Source: an uncultured Actinomycetota bacterium
Lineage (GTDB): Bacteria; Actinomycetota; Coriobacteriia; Anaerosomatales; JAGXFU01
Assembly: GCA_963790405.1 (NCBI GenBank)
Contig: CAWBOJ010000006.1
Location: 466,579-530,578, forward strand
Length of the DNA: 64,000 nt
Reading direction: 5' to 3'
In this document: positions 36,601 through 48,127 of the stretch, piece by piece
Layout of the letters: each line of letters opens with the position of its first letter
How positions within the stretch are numbered: the first letter of the stretch is position 1
Program-made: the position numbers and the translations under genes
Notes under the pieces: generated by a model
The model's database searches: none
Told to the model about the DNA's origin: nothing
What the model saw: only the letters and a program-made list of their open reading frames with translations

Positions 36601-37536
36601 CTAGCTCCTCGGCACAATGCATTCGATGGCGCCCGGTAGCATTGAGATGTCGTACCGCTGCTCGAGTAGCACCTCGCCGTCGATCTGGGCGGGAACCGCT
36701 GAGTCGCACTCGATGATGAGGGACCGGTGCCGCGACATATGCACGGGCTTCATCTTCGTGTGCTTCCCGACGATGAGGAAGGGTAGTCTGAACAGCGCTT
36801 CGGGCAGCGAGAACGGATCCATCATGCATACATCGAAGAGCCCGTCATCGGGAATCGCGTCGGGAGTGATGCGGAAGCCTCCGCCGTAGGTCTGTCCGTT
36901 CGTGATTGCCACGATCAGTGCGTCATGGCGCTCGGCCGGAGCACCGTCAAATCCAATCTCAAGGTCGAAGCTTTCGAGTTCATGGAAGAGCACGTGCAGG
37001 ACTGCGGTCAAGTAGAGCCACAACCCGGATCGACGTGTCGTGGTCTTGTACTCGATGGACTTCGCAGTGACCTTCGCGTCGAGTCCGGCTGCGAAGCTGT
37101 TGTTGAAGTAGATTCCGTTGCACACACCGACATCGAAACGACGTCTCACCCCCGTGGCAAGGCTGAGCGCCGCCTGGGTGAGATCAGTCGGGATGCCCAG
37201 GGTACGTCGGGTGTCGTTACCTGAACCGGTAGGAAGCAATCCCAGTGCAGGGCGGGATTGCTCGGGGTGCTTCATGAGGCCGTTGAGCACCTCGTGAACA
37301 GTACCGTCCCCGCCAACTGCCACAACCAGGTCTCGATTCGTGGCTTGCTCGGCGAGTTTGGCTGCGTGCCCCATGTACTCTGTCAGCACCATGTCGTGCG
37401 GAAGGTTGTGAAGCAGTTGCTTCACAACAGGAAGAAGCTTCTCGGTCTCGCCGTGCTTGGCTGCGGGGTTCGCGATAACGAGCGCTGGCGTGGAAGTCAC
37501 GTCGCACCTTCCGTCGTTGGCGGGCGACACCAGCAT
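36601..37536 (-). CDS. Diacylglycerol kinase-family lipid kinase (DagK/YegS-like)
   Basis: 311-aa ORF with ALVIANPAAKHG and VAVGGDGTVHEVLNGL (the GGDGT signature). Confidence 0.85.
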   Translation of the reverse strand: MLVSPANDGRCDVTSTPALVIANPAAKHGETEKLLPVVKQLLHNLPHDMVLTEYMGHAAKLAEQATNRDLVVAVGGDGTVHEVLNGLMKHPEQSRPALGLLPTGSGNDTRRTLGIPTDLTQAALSLATGVRRRFDVGVCNGIYFNNSFAAGLDAKVTAKSIEYKTTTRRSGLWLYLTAVLHVLFHELESFDLEIGFDGAPAERHDALIVAITNGQTYGGGFRITPDAIPDDGLFDVCMMDPFSLPEALFRLPFLIVGKHTKMKPVHMSRHRSLIIECDSAVPAQIDGEVLLEQRYDISMLPGAIECIVPRS

Positions 37537-37627
37537 AGCCGTATGATTCGTCGTTGACGAACCGCCGTGGTAGCTCGAGTGAGGGGTATGATACTCTGCG
37601 TTGGCGCGTCACAGCCGTGGCGCTCGC

Positions 37628-37703
37628 GCCCTCTTAGCTCAGTGGATAGAGCGTCTGCCTCCGGAGCAGAAGGCCGTAGGTTCGAATCCTATAGAGGGCA
37701 CCA
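37628..37703 (+). tRNA. tRNA-Arg (anticodon CCG), CCA encoded
   Basis: Cloverleaf by hand: acceptor GCCCTCT/AGAGGGC, D arm GCTC-AGTGGATA-GAGC, anticodon arm TCTGC-CTCCGGA-GCAGA (CCG), T arm GTAGG-TTCGAAT-CCTAT, discriminator A, then CCA. Confidence 0.9.
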
Positions 37704-37715
37704 TCTCAAATACGA

Positions 37716-37750
37716 GGAAGGCCAGTCGCTTCTGACGCGACCGGCCTTCC
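37716..37750. terminator. Bidirectional hairpin between tRNA-Arg and the EF-G paralogue
   Basis: GGAAGGCCaGTCGC-ttctga-GCGACcGGCCTTCC (14-bp stem, one mismatch), followed by ttcatt. Confidence 0.55.
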
Positions 37751-37773
37751 TTCATTCGAGCTGAATTCGGGTT

Positions 37774-39849
37774 CTAGTGACCCTCGGCCCGCTGCTTCTC
37801 GTACTCCTCGACGAGCTTCTTCTGTACGTCGCCCGGTACCTGCTCGTATGAGTCGATCGTCACGGTGTAGGTTCCCGTGCCGCTCGTGATCGAGCGAAGG
37901 TGCGGCGAGTAGTGCACGATTTCGGCATAGGGCGCCTGTGCCTTGATCATCTGGATGCCGGGTTCGGGAGAGTCCATGCCGAGGATTCGGCCTCTGATTG
38001 AACTGATGTCACCCATGACTGCGCCCGAGTACTCATCGGGAACCCTGATCTCGAGAGTCGCTATCGGCTCGAGCAGCACGGGGTCCGCCTTCGCCGCCGC
38101 CGCGTTGAAACCGATTCGCGCAGCGTTGCGGAACGCCATCTCGTTGGAATCGACCGCGTGATAGGAGCCGTCGAAGACGGCGACCTTCACATCGACGATC
38201 GGATAGCCCGCGATGATGCCGTGCGTCATGGTCTCTTGCACGCCCTTGTCGATGGCGGGTATGAACTGCCGCGGAATCCTGCCCCCAACGATCTCGTCGA
38301 CGAACTCGTAGTCCTCGGCCAGGATTGGGCTCGACACGAAGCCGGCAGTCTCCGAACTGGCCTGAACCGCCGGTCTGCTTCTTGTGGCGACCCTGGGCTT
38401 CTGCTCGCCTACGGATCGTCTCTCGGTAGGGGATACGCATGTCCTCGAGCTCGGCCTCGACGTGGAAGCGGTCTCTGCAGCCGATGGATAACGACATCGA
38501 TACCGGTTTCACCCAGAGCAGTCAGGACGGTCTGGTGCGTCTCTTCGTCGCGACGCATGGTGAGCGACGGATCCTCGTCGACGATCCCCTTGAGTGCGGT
38601 GCCGAGCTTGTCCTCGTCCGCTTTGGTGGCGGCCACGATGGATACGGGTAGAGCGGCTCGGGGAAGGGAATCGGAGCGAATTCGACCTTGCCTGACGAAC
38701 TCAGAGTGTCTCCGGTAATGACGTCGTCAAGCTTGGGCAGTACGGCGATGTCTCCCGCAGGAACAGCTTCGACATCTGTCGTGTCTCTTGCCCACGACCT
38801 TGTAGACGCGTCCGACACGAATCTTCTTGCCGTTACGCGCGTCGATGAGCTCGGTGTTCGGTGTGAGCGTGCCGCACATGATCTTCACGAAGTTGAGACG
38901 GCCCACGTACGGGTCTGACATGGTCTTGAACACCCACGCAACAGGCTCGCCACTGGTGCTGACTTCCATGTCGTCGCCGTCGATCGTGGGAACGGCTCCG
39001 TGTGCGGTGGGCTCAGGGAAGAACGCCGACGATCTCGTCGAGCAGGTCCTTGATGCCGATGAGACCGGTCGCGGAGCCAACGAACACGGGGATGAAGATG
39101 CCGAGAGCAATCGCCTTGTCGAGCAGGGTCTCCAGTTCTTCTTGAGACAGCTTCTCGCCCTCGAGGTACTTCTCCATGAGCTCATCGTCGGCCTCGGCGA
39201 CGAGTTCCAGCAGCTTCTCGCGCCACTCTTCGGCTGCGCCGCGGAGATCTTCGGGTATCTCGGTCTCTTTGACCTCGGTACCGTCGCCGTGCATGTAGGC
39301 CTTCATGCGTATGATGTCGACGACTCCCGACAGGTTGTCTTCCTTGCCGATCGGGATCTGAACCGCGCCGATACGATGACCGTAGTCATCGACGAGCTTC
39401 TTCAGCACGCCCTCGAAGTCGGCGTGCTCTTTGTCGAGACGGTTGATGAAGATCGCACGCGCGATGCCCATGCTGCCCGCGATCTTCCACAAGCGGTCAG
39501 TCTGGACCTGGGGGCCCGAGACGGCATCCACTACAAAGAGCGCCATCTCGGCGGCTTCCATCCCTGCGACAGCCTCGCCCATGAAGTCGGCGTATCCAGG
39601 GGTGTCGATCACGTTGATCTTGACGCCTTTGTACATGACCGGAGCAAGCGAAAGACTGATCGTGAACTTGCGCTTGATCTCCTCGGCGTCATAGTCGAGG
39701 TTGCTGTGTTCCTCGTCTACACTACCGAGTCGGTTCGTTGCGCCGGCCAGGTAGAGCATCGCTTCCGCGAGTGACGTTTTGCCCGCACCGCCGTGGCCGA
39801 CGAGGACAACGTTGCGGACCTTGTCAGTGCTTGGTGCTCCCAAGTACAT
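37774..39849 (-). pseudogene. Elongation factor G paralogue (EF-G-like GTPase), at least 5 frameshifts
   Basis: The N-terminal fragment 39013-39849 is intact (VVLVGHGGAGKTSLAEAML, NVIDTPGYADF, INRLDK). Domains II-V are spread over fragments 38727-39185, 38522-38818, 38409-38636, 38033-38512 and 37774-38337. Confidence 0.8.
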
Positions 39850-40027
39850 CTCCTCCTTGGCTTGTACCGCCGGGTTCTGCGTACACGAAAACGCCGCGCG
39901 ACGCGGCTACTGCCGCAGCGTATACCCCCGTAGCATACTCCTTATCAGCTGGGGGCAGCACTGGTAGAATGACGAGCGTTCTACTCATTTGCACCAGTAC
40001 ACCTTTCGCCTCAGGAGGACCCTGTCA

Positions 40028-40696
40028 ATGCCATCGATATGCTCTCGCACTCGGCTTGTGGTGCTTGCGTGTGTGCTCGTTGCAGCCGCGTTCATGATGC
40101 AGGGATGTTCGTCTGACGAGGCCGCACCTACGGCCACGGAGACACCTGCCGAAGAGGCTGTCACTGCTCCGATCGAAGAGAGTGCCGAACCGACGACACC
40201 GGAGGAGGATCCGTTGTATACCCCGACTTACAAGCCGAACGGAAACGAGATTGCGGTCATCAATACCGACAAGGGCGTCATCAAGTTCGAGTTCTACCCG
40301 GATGACGCGCCGAATCACGTGGCTGCGTTCATCGAGCTGACCCAGAAGGGCTTCTACGACGGGACCAAGTTCCATCGTGTTGAGCCGGGCTTCGTTGTCC
40401 AGGGTGGAGATCCGCTGTCCAAGACCGATGACCCGCGTGTGGGTACCGGCGGTCCGGGCTACCATCTTGCCGCGGAATTCAATTCTCGGCAGCATCTTGA
40501 TGGGACGGTCTCGATGGCTCGCGCGACTGATCCGGATTCTGCGGGATCCCAGTTCTACATATGCCTCGGCCCGCAGCCGTTCCTCGACGGCCAGTACACG
40601 GTGTTCGGTCAGGTCATCGAAGGTATGGACGTTGTTCGTGCGATCAGCGTGGGCGATGTCATGAACTCAGTAACGATCGAGAATGCCGCCGAGTAG
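40028..40696 (+). CDS. Cyclophilin-type peptidyl-prolyl cis-trans isomerase, lipoprotein
   Basis: AGGAGGA precedes ATG 40028. The signal peptide has a lipobox (AAAFMMQGC). Cyclophilin core: [30 protein letters not shown]. Confidence 0.85.
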   Translation: MPSICSRTRLVVLACVLVAAAFMMQGCSSDEAAPTATETPAEEAVTAPIEESAEPTTPEEDPLYTPTYKPNGNEIAVINTDKGVIKFEFYPDDAPNHVAAFIELTQKGFYDGTKFHRVEPGFVVQGGDPLSKTDDPRVGTGGPGYHLAAEFNSRQHLDGTVSMARATDPDSAGSQFYICLGPQPFLDGQYTVFGQVIEGMDVVRAISVGDVMNSVTIENAAE

Positions 40697-42080
40697 CTCG
40701 GGGACCAGCGTGGACGAAGCCCGTTACCAGGAAGCCAAGCAGGCATACGACACCGGGGACTATCGCGGTGCCGCGAAGGCCTTCTTGGCCGCTGCCGGTT
40801 CGCAGCCGGAGGGGTCGGGGGCGGCATACCACATGGCCGGCAACTCGTTGATGCGCCTGCGGCGGCACGGCGACGCCGTTACCGTCTATGGGCAAGCGCT
40901 GAAGGACGAGATCTATGACCGACGTGGCGCGCTGTTCGCTAATCTAGCCGCTGCAAACGTTGCCCTGGGCGAGTATCCGGAGGCCGTCGAGGCGTACGAC
41001 CATGCGCTGGAGGAGCCGGACTATACGAACCAGTACCGTGCACTGCAGGGCAAAGCAGGTGCACTGTTCGAAATGGGCCGGTTTGCTGACGCGGCCGGCG
41101 CATACCGACAAGCGGCTCTCGACGGAGACAACCCGGATCCCGGCAAGGCGCTCAACAACCTTGGTCTGTGTTTCATGGCCATTGGTCGTCCGGCCGATGC
41201 GGTCGAGGCGTACAAGGCCGCGCTCGGCTTCGACACCTATGCTGGCCGCGGCAAGGCTCTTGCGAACCTCGGTTTGGCCTTCCATGCGCTTTCTTTGCAT
41301 GAAGATGCAGTGAAGTCTTTCGAGAAGTCCATCCAGCTCCATGGTCATGAACTCTCCGAGCAGATGCGCACTTCGTTCGAGCTGAGCCGTGCTGCGCTCG
41401 AGAGACCAGAACGTGAAGTGATTGACGGGTGGTCCACGGGCGAGATTCCGCCGGTGATCGACGCGCCCGGCTCGGATGACGCACAGGCCGACCGCGCGGG
41501 AAGCGCCGCCGGTGTGCTGCCGACCGCGTCTTCAGGCGTGCCGCCGGCGACGGACGCATCCGCTACGGGTGAGCTGTTCGGCGAGGAGACCGACGGATCG
41601 GCCTTCTTCACGATGACCGATGAGGAGATGAAGGAGAAGGACCGGGTAGAGCGTCGTGTCGAGCGCCAGGTCCGGCGATCTGAGCGCAACCCGTGGACTC
41701 TGGTGGCCACCATCGTTGTGCTTGTCATCGTCATCGTGGCAGCGATAGCCGCCGCATACTTCTCCGGGCTTGGATTCCCAACCCAGTCCATGACCGTTAC
41801 AGGGATGCTGCAGGCGCGCGCCGAAGGAGAACCTGTGGACGGCTACTGGGTCGCAGCCCCCTCGGCCGATGTCGACAAAGACATGGCAAAGCTTCCACCT
41901 ATCCAGGAGTTTCAGGTGGACAGCGTAGAACGCTCACCGGCTACCTCACAGGTCGCGGTGACTGTCACTCCGAAAGACGGCTCGCCCCTTCGCTATGAGA
42001 TTACGTTGGCGCGTGAAGGTGTTGGCTGGAAGGTCACAGGCGTCGAGAATGATTGGCGCTCGACGGGTGGGGGTTCGTAG
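40683..42080 (+). CDS. TPR-repeat protein with one transmembrane helix and an extracytoplasmic C-terminal domain
   Basis: 465-aa ORF with repeated 34-aa TPR-like units ([26 protein letters not shown], etc.) and a TM helix [23 protein letters not shown]. The start is uncertain (the ORF overlaps the PPIase stop; GTG near 40710 is possible). Confidence 0.65.
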   Translation: MPPSSSGTSVDEARYQEAKQAYDTGDYRGAAKAFLAAAGSQPEGSGAAYHMAGNSLMRLRRHGDAVTVYGQALKDEIYDRRGALFANLAAANVALGEYPEAVEAYDHALEEPDYTNQYRALQGKAGALFEMGRFADAAGAYRQAALDGDNPDPGKALNNLGLCFMAIGRPADAVEAYKAALGFDTYAGRGKALANLGLAFHALSLHEDAVKSFEKSIQLHGHELSEQMRTSFELSRAALERPEREVIDGWSTGEIPPVIDAPGSDDAQADRAGSAAGVLPTASSGVPPATDASATGELFGEETDGSAFFTMTDEEMKEKDRVERRVERQVRRSERNPWTLVATIVVLVIVIVAAIAAAYFSGLGFPTQSMTVTGMLQARAEGEPVDGYWVAAPSADVDKDMAKLPPIQEFQVDSVERSPATSQVAVTVTPKDGSPLRYEITLAREGVGWKVTGVENDWRSTGGGS

Positions 42081-42128
42081 CCCCGACGGGCCAAGGACGG
42101 CTCATCTACAACGGACGAAAGGACGCAC

Positions 42129-42533
42129 GTGGACCAGAAGACCTACATCATGATCAAGCCTGACGCTGTTGCCCGCGGGCTCATTGCCCCAATCGTGCAG
42201 CGATTCGAGAACACCGGACTCGTGATCGAGCGACTCGAGCTCGGTCGGGTCACGCCAGAGCAGGCTGCTGCGAACTATGCCGAGCATGAGGGCAAGGCGT
42301 TCTACGAGGGACTGATCGAGTACATCACCTCGGGTCCCGTCGTGAAGATGGTCCTGTCTGGCCCGGATGCCGTGCTCGTGTGCCGCAAGCTCATGGGGGC
42401 CACGAACCCACGAGACGCTGCGCCGGGCACGATTCGAGGCGACTTCGGGTTGATCATGGACGCCAACGTCGTCCACGGGTCTGACTCTCCTGAGTCAGCC
42501 ACTCGCGAGATTGAGATTTTCTTCGGCAAGTGA
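42129..42533 (+). CDS. ndk: Nucleoside diphosphate kinase
   Basis: 134-aa ORF with TYIMIKPDAV and the active-site NVVHGSDS. Confidence 0.9.
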   Translation: MDQKTYIMIKPDAVARGLIAPIVQRFENTGLVIERLELGRVTPEQAAANYAEHEGKAFYEGLIEYITSGPVVKMVLSGPDAVLVCRKLMGATNPRDAAPGTIRGDFGLIMDANVVHGSDSPESATREIEIFFGK

Positions 42534-42670
42534 GCGATTCGCTCGCACGCGACCCTTGTTCGTCGTTCTCGGTGCACTAGCGACGGACGACAGAAGGGCG
42601 CGAGAAGGAATACGTGGGTTGAGCGAGAACGTCTCTACAAGCTTGCACGTAGTACCGACGAGGGGGCTCT

Positions 42671-43966
42671 TTGAGTAGAGCGGGGTTCAGGGGTGGGGTG
42701 CATCCGCCTGATCGCAAGGCGGCAACCAAGGGTGTCTCTGTAGAACGGGCACCGATACCGGAGCGACTCATCGTGCCGATGAGCCAGCATCTGGGCGCGC
42801 CGTGTGAGCCGATCGTCGAGAAGGGCGAAACGGTTCGGCGAGGACAGGTCATCGGTCGCACGGAGGCGTTCATCAGCGCTCCGATTCACTCACCCGTCGA
42901 CGGCGAGGTATCGGCGATACGCCCTCAACTCCTCGCTTCCGGGCAGACCGTTGCTGCTGTCGAAATCCTGTGCGCCGCAGAGCAGCACTTCGAAACATAC
43001 GAGCAGGTCGAACGTAGTGAACAGGTTCAGGACACCGTGAGGGCTGCGGGGATTGTGGGACTCGGCGGGGCGGCGTTTCCGACGAGCGTGAAACTCATGC
43101 CCCCGAAAGACATGCCCATTCATACCGTGATTCTCAACGGGTGCGAGTGCGAGCCGTTTCTTACCTGCGATCACCGTCTGATGGTCGAGCAGCCCGAGCG
43201 CGTTGTTGCCGGAGCTCGGATCATCGGTCAGACGGTCGGGGCGAAGAGGATTGTCATCGGCGTCGAGGACAACAAGCCGGATGCGGTCGAAGCGCTGAGA
43301 GGCGTCGCGGGAGATGATGTAGAGGTTCTCTCCTTGGCAACGAGCTATCCCCAGGGCGCAGAGAAGCAGCTCATCATGGCTGTACTCGGTGAGGAAGTAC
43401 CTCACGGCAAACTGCCTGCTGCAACCGGCGCGCTCGTGCAGAACGTTGGCACGGCAGCGGCCGTGGCCGACGCTGTGGAGCACGGTATGCCCTTGGTCGA
43501 GCGAGTGGTGACGGTGACCGGCAACGTCGCCCGGCCCGGCAACTACTTGACGCTGCTCGGCACCTCGCTATCGGTACTGATCGAGCACGCGGGGGGTTTC
43601 GTCGGCGAGGTCGGCCGAGTGATCGCAGGCGGTCCGATGACCGGCATGGGTGTCGCCGACCTCGGCGTACCTGTGGTCAAGGGCACGTCGGGTGTTGTGG
43701 TGCTCGATCCAGGTGTGACGGCTCCGGCTGTTCACGGTGACCAGCCGTGCATACGATGCGGACGCTGTTCCGTTGCGTGCCCGATGTCATTGCAGCCCTT
43801 CGCGTTGGGTATCTACGCGAATCGACGCGAATGGGATTGGACGACACAGCTCCATGCCGTGGACTGCATCGAGTGCGGTTGCTGCAGCTACGTCTGCCCG
43901 ACTCGGCGACCGTTGGTACAGCTGATACGTCTCGCCAAGGCCGCCCAGCTCCAGAAGGGGGCGTAG
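42671..43966 (+). CDS. rnfC: Rnf electron-transport complex subunit C
   Basis: 431-aa ORF with GGVHPPDRK, GIVGLGGAAFPT and two ferredoxin motifs (CIRCGRCSVACP and CIECGCCSYVCP). Confidence 0.9.
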   Translation: MSRAGFRGGVHPPDRKAATKGVSVERAPIPERLIVPMSQHLGAPCEPIVEKGETVRRGQVIGRTEAFISAPIHSPVDGEVSAIRPQLLASGQTVAAVEILCAAEQHFETYEQVERSEQVQDTVRAAGIVGLGGAAFPTSVKLMPPKDMPIHTVILNGCECEPFLTCDHRLMVEQPERVVAGARIIGQTVGAKRIVIGVEDNKPDAVEALRGVAGDDVEVLSLATSYPQGAEKQLIMAVLGEEVPHGKLPAATGALVQNVGTAAAVADAVEHGMPLVERVVTVTGNVARPGNYLTLLGTSLSVLIEHAGGFVGEVGRVIAGGPMTGMGVADLGVPVVKGTSGVVVLDPGVTAPAVHGDQPCIRCGRCSVACPMSLQPFALGIYANRREWDWTTQLHAVDCIECGCCSYVCPTRRPLVQLIRLAKAAQLQKGA

Positions 43967-43970
43967 CGCG

Positions 43971-44991
43971 ATGGCAGCGGATGAAAGGGTGGAGATGCCC
44001 CGGACGACGATTGCCTCTTCGCCCCACGTCGTCGCGCGTGAAAATGTGACTCACATCATGCTTTGGGTCGTAGCAGCACTTGCACCGGCAGCGCTGTGGG
44101 CGACCTACAACATGGGGTTGGTAGCGGTGGTTCTGCTCGTCTCGAGCATCGGTTCCACCGTGGGTACCGAGGCGTTGTGGAACTACGTGGCGAAGAAGCC
44201 ACAGACCATCGGCGACGGTAGCGCGCTTGTAACGGGTTTGCTTCTGGCGATGGCCCTGCCGCCACGTACTCCGTGGTGGATGGCTGCAGTGGGCGGCATC
44301 CTGGCGATTGCGTTGGCAAAGATGCTCTTCGGCGGACTTGGCTGGAACCTGTTCAATCCGGCGCTCGTGGGCCGCGCGATCGTCGCGATTTCATGGGCCG
44401 GTGTTCTGTCCGAGCAAAGTGTGCCCGGCGGGTGGTTCCAGGGTATCGATATTGCAGGCACAAAGACGCTCGACGCCATCAGCGGCGCCACGCGTCTCGC
44501 AGTTGCCGCAGCGGACCGCACCGCATCAGGAGCGTACGGCTTCGATTTGCAGGCTCAGTACAGCTCGCTGTTGTTCAAGAACCTCGAGGGGTGTTTCGGT
44601 GAGATCTCCGCAGCCCTGCTGATCCTCGGCGGTCTGTTCCTGATCGCCAAAGGTATCATCGACTGGCGTATCCCGCTCGGCTATGTCGGCACCGTGGCAA
44701 TCCTGAGCTGGGCGTTTGGCTCGGATCCAGTCTTCAACGTTCTGGCTGGCGGCGTACTGCTCGGCGCGTTCTTCATGGCCACGGACTACGTGACCTCACC
44801 CATGACAAAGACCGGGAAGCTCGTGTTCGCCTGTGGATGCGGTCTGATCAACGTTGTCGGGCGCTTCTATCGGTCCTTTGCCCGAGGCGACGACGTTCGC
44901 GATTCTATTCATGAACGGCCTGGTGCCGCTCATCGACCGCATGACAGTCCCTCGAACGTTCGGGTGGGTGAGCCGACGTGCAGAGAGCTGA
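43971..44991 (+). pseudogene. rnfD: Rnf complex subunit D, one frameshift near 44880
   Basis: Polytopic membrane protein with the flavinylation motif LDAISGATRLA. TCCTTT[G]CCCGAG without the extra g gives the canonical tail SFPEATTFAILFMNGLVPLIDRMTVPRTFGW, ending at TGA 44989-44991. Confidence 0.85.
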
Positions 44992-45574
44992 GTCGACGCC
45001 AGTTCGCATGGTCGTGACAGTGCTGGCTACGTGTGTCGTCGCATCCGCTTCGTTGGCTTTCACGTATCAGCTCACCAACGAGCGGATCATCGAGCAGGAG
45101 CGGGTAGCCGAGGAACGCGCGATTCAGGCCGTCTTGAGCGATGCGAGCGACTTCTCGCCGCTTAGCGACGACGTTGTAGCCCGCGCGGATGAAGCTGCTG
45201 GCGAGACGCCGGTATCGGCCGTCTATTCGGCCTCCGACAGTTCGGGTGCCGAGATCGGGTGGGCAGTGCGCGTTGCCCCCCGCGGCTATGGCGGTCCGAT
45301 CAACATGGTTGTAGGTGTGGATAGAGATGGTTTGGTCACGGGCGCTAGCATCATCACGCAGAACGAAACACCGGGACTCGGCTCCAAGGTTCTGACAGAG
45401 CCAGGGTTCCTTGAGCAGTTCGCCGGTTGGACTGCAGCGGATATCGACGCGGCGGCACGATCGTTCGATGCAATCTCGGGTGCGACGAGATCATCGAATG
45501 GAATACGCAAAGGTGTGCTTGCTGCAGGACACGTGTATGCCGACGTGCTGGCAGAGGAAGGGGGAGAGCAGTAG
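44978..45574 (+). CDS. rnfG: Rnf complex subunit G (FMN-binding)
   Basis: 198-aa ORF with an N-terminal TM helix and an FMN-binding domain carrying FDAISGATRSSNGI. An alternative start is ATG 45008. Confidence 0.85.
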   Translation: MQRAESTPVRMVVTVLATCVVASASLAFTYQLTNERIIEQERVAEERAIQAVLSDASDFSPLSDDVVARADEAAGETPVSAVYSASDSSGAEIGWAVRVAPRGYGGPINMVVGVDRDGLVTGASIITQNETPGLGSKVLTEPGFLEQFAGWTAADIDAAARSFDAISGATRSSNGIRKGVLAAGHVYADVLAEEGGEQ

Positions 45575-46237
45575 TGCAGGAGTGGATAGCCACATTCAAG
45601 CGCGGCCTGTCTATCGACAACCCCCTGACTGTGCTGATGATCGGCCTGTGTGCGACACTTGGCTGTGTCGACGAAGTTCGAGGGCGCGTTCTTCATGGGG
45701 ATGGCAGTCATCTTCGTGCTGACCATGTCGAGCCTGATCGTCTCTTCGCTGAGGTCACTGGTGCCCGAGCAGGTGCGCATCCCGATATTCATCGTGGTCA
45801 TCGCCTCGTTCGTGACAATCGTTGACCTGACGATGCACGCGTTTCTGCCGGTGGTCTACGCGTTCCTGGGCGTGTGGATCCCGCTCATCGTCGTGAACTG
45901 CGTCATCCTGGGTCGGGCCGAAGCGTTTGCGTATCACAACCCACCGTTGCTCGCGATCGCTGACGGCCTCGGCATGGGCGTGGGCTACTCGGCGGTCATC
46001 ATCATATTGGCGACGGTTCGCGAGGTCGTCGGTAGCGGAGAGCTGGTGTTCATGGGCAATACGCTCTTCCGTTTCCCGGAGTGGTATCGGGGTCCCGGAG
46101 TCGTGCTGCTCTTCCCTGGCGCTTTCATCATCTTCGGCTTCATGGTCGCGGGAGCAACCGCTATCAACCGACGTATCGAGGGTCGGACAGTCGAGACCAA
46201 GGCTCACTGCACGATCGAAGAAGGAGGCCGGGGCTGA
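45574..46237 (+). pseudogene. rnfE: Rnf complex subunit E, one frameshift near 45661
   Basis: GTG 45574 overlaps the rnfG TAG. The N-terminus FKRGLSIDNPLTVLMIGLCATL is in ORF 45427-45825. The remainder (AVSTKFEGAFFMGMAVIFVL...) is in ORF 45650-46237. Removing one base at ACACTT[G]GCT joins them. Confidence 0.85.
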
Positions 46238-46861
46238 TGATGGAGATGCTGTCGCATTTCGCACTCCTTCTGGTTGGTGCGGCGCTGGTCAACAACATCC
46301 TTCTGACGCGTTTCATCGGACTGTGTCCCGTTCTTCGGTGTCTCGAACGCCATGGAGACATCGATAGGAATGGCAGGTGCGGTCATCTTCGTCATGACGA
46401 TGGCCTCGTCGGCGACGTGGGTCTTCTGGAACTGGCTGCTCGTCCCCCTGGGAGTAGGGGAGTTCCTCTACATTCCCGCGTTCATTCTGGTCATCGCTGC
46501 GCTCGTGCAGTTCGTTGAGATGTATTTGCGCAAGGCGAGCCCTGGTCTCTATCGATCTCTCGGCATCTTTCTGCCACTGATTACGACCAACTGTGCCGTG
46601 CTCGCGACCGCCACCGAGGCAGTGAAGCCCGGGTTTTTCAAGATGAACCTGGTCTACAGCTTTGGGTTCGGAGAATCGCTCGTTTACACGATCGGCGTGG
46701 CGCTCGGATTTGGATTCGCGTTGATCACGTTCGCTGCTCTGCGGGAGCGGCTTGAGGTCGCACCGGTGCCTGAAATCATGAAGGGCACACCCATGGCCTT
46801 CATCACGGCCGGATTGCTGTCTCTGGGATACGTCGGGCTATCAGGCCTGTTCGGGCTGTAG
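46237..46861 (+). pseudogene. rnfA: Rnf complex subunit A, one frameshift near 46330
   Basis: ATG 46237 overlaps the rnfE TGA. TGTCCC[G]TTCTTCGGT without the extra g reads FIGLCPFFGVSNAMETSIGMAGAVIF, joining ORF 46081-46518 to ORF 46352-46861 (LPLITTNCAVL). Confidence 0.85.
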
Positions 46862-46871
46862 GAGCGCCGTA

Positions 46872-47777
46872 GTGGATTTGATGCTCATAATCAAGGCTGT
46901 CGCGGCACTGAGCGTCATCGGTGTTGCTGCTTCAGGGATGCTTGCGGCCGCGTCGAAGCGCTTCGTGGTCGAGATCGATCCCCGGATCGAGAGCGTTTTG
47001 GCGGTACTGCCGGGTGCGAACTGCGGGGCATGTGGGAATCCGTCGTGTTTCGGCGCGGCGGAAGCGATGGTTCATGGTGATATCCCGGTGACCTCATGCA
47101 CGGCTGGCGGACAGAGTGTGGCTGACGCCGTTGCTGATGCGTTGGGCGTGGAGAAATGCGAGGTCTCGTCCAGCGTCTCTATGCGTCATTGCGGAGGTGG
47201 CCGTGCGGCGTCGCGGCGTTTTGACTACGCAGGCGTAGATTCGTGCGCGGGTGCGGCACGCGTTGCAGGTGGGGACCTGACCTGTCCGTCGGGCTGCTTC
47301 GGCTACGGCGACTGTATTCGCGCCTGCCCCTTCGGCGCGATCAGTCTCGATGCGCGCGGACTACCGGTGATCGACCTTGACAAGTGCACTGGATGTGAGG
47401 TGTGCGTCCAGGAGTGTCCTCGCGGTGGTGCGGGTCTGCTGAAGATGGGCCCGGAAGATGGCGCAGTAGTTGTGCGCTGCAACTCGCACGACAAAGTACG
47501 CGCTCGCAAAGACTACTGCTCGATGTGCTGCATCGCTTGCAGGAAGTGCGAGAAAGCATGTCCGGCTGATGCTATTCATGTGATCGACATGCTGGCTGTC
47601 ATCGACTACGAGAAATGCACAGCGTGCGGTCAGTGTGTGAGCGTGTGTCCGCAGGAGTGTATCGATCTATCCGGTCGGTATGGCGAGCATAGCTCGTCCG
47701 ATGTTGATGGACGGGGTCCGAAAGTCGATGGCTTCGCACCTCGCGTGGTGGTCGCGGAGGAGTCTGATGAGGCGTGA
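46872..47777 (+). CDS. rnfB: Rnf complex subunit B (polyferredoxin)
   Basis: 301-aa ORF with an N-terminal TM helix, CGACGNPSC and several CxxCxxCxxxCP motifs (CTGCEVCVQECP, CIACRKCEKACP, CTACGQCVSVCP). Confidence 0.9.
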   Translation: MDLMLIIKAVAALSVIGVAASGMLAAASKRFVVEIDPRIESVLAVLPGANCGACGNPSCFGAAEAMVHGDIPVTSCTAGGQSVADAVADALGVEKCEVSSSVSMRHCGGGRAASRRFDYAGVDSCAGAARVAGGDLTCPSGCFGYGDCIRACPFGAISLDARGLPVIDLDKCTGCEVCVQECPRGGAGLLKMGPEDGAVVVRCNSHDKVRARKDYCSMCCIACRKCEKACPADAIHVIDMLAVIDYEKCTACGQCVSVCPQECIDLSGRYGEHSSSDVDGRGPKVDGFAPRVVVAEESDEA

Positions 47778-48127
47778 CCCGCGGTGACCGAGGTGTCGTA
47801 GCTGTTGTCTGTCTGCTCATTGTGGCGGCGTTTGTCACCGCTGCGGGGGGCGGATCTGCGCAGACCATTGTGATACGGGGGCCCCACGGAGTCACTCGAG
47901 TAGATCCGACGGTGACGCGGACATACTCCATCGAGGGTCGCGAGGGAACGGTCGTGTTCGAGGCTCGAGACGGAGAGCTTGTGTGCGTCGACTCGAGCTG
48001 TCGCGATCATGTGTGCGTCAAGCAAGGTCAGGTCGGGCCTGGTCGACCAGTCGTCTGCGCACCGAACGGCGTGGTCGCTTCGTTTGAAAGATCCAGCGAC
48101 AGGAGTCTCGATGCGGTCTCGAGATGA
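47774..48127 (+). CDS. NusG domain II-containing protein (DUF1312)
   Basis: 117-aa ORF overlapping the rnfB stop by 4 nt. It has an N-terminal TM helix and a beta-rich domain with SSCRDHVCVKQG...VVCAPNGVV. Confidence 0.65.
   Translation: MTRGDRGVVAVVCLLIVAAFVTAAGGGSAQTIVIRGPHGVTRVDPTVTRTYSIEGREGTVVFEARDGELVCVDSSCRDHVCVKQGQVGPGRPVVCAPNGVVASFERSSDRSLDAVSR

Noticed and set aside
37628-37703. tRNA-Arg as the boundary of an integrated element or genomic island
   Set aside because: I noticed no integrase, no direct repeat of the tRNA 3' end and no compositional break. The flanking genes are housekeeping (dagK/plsY and an EF-G paralogue).
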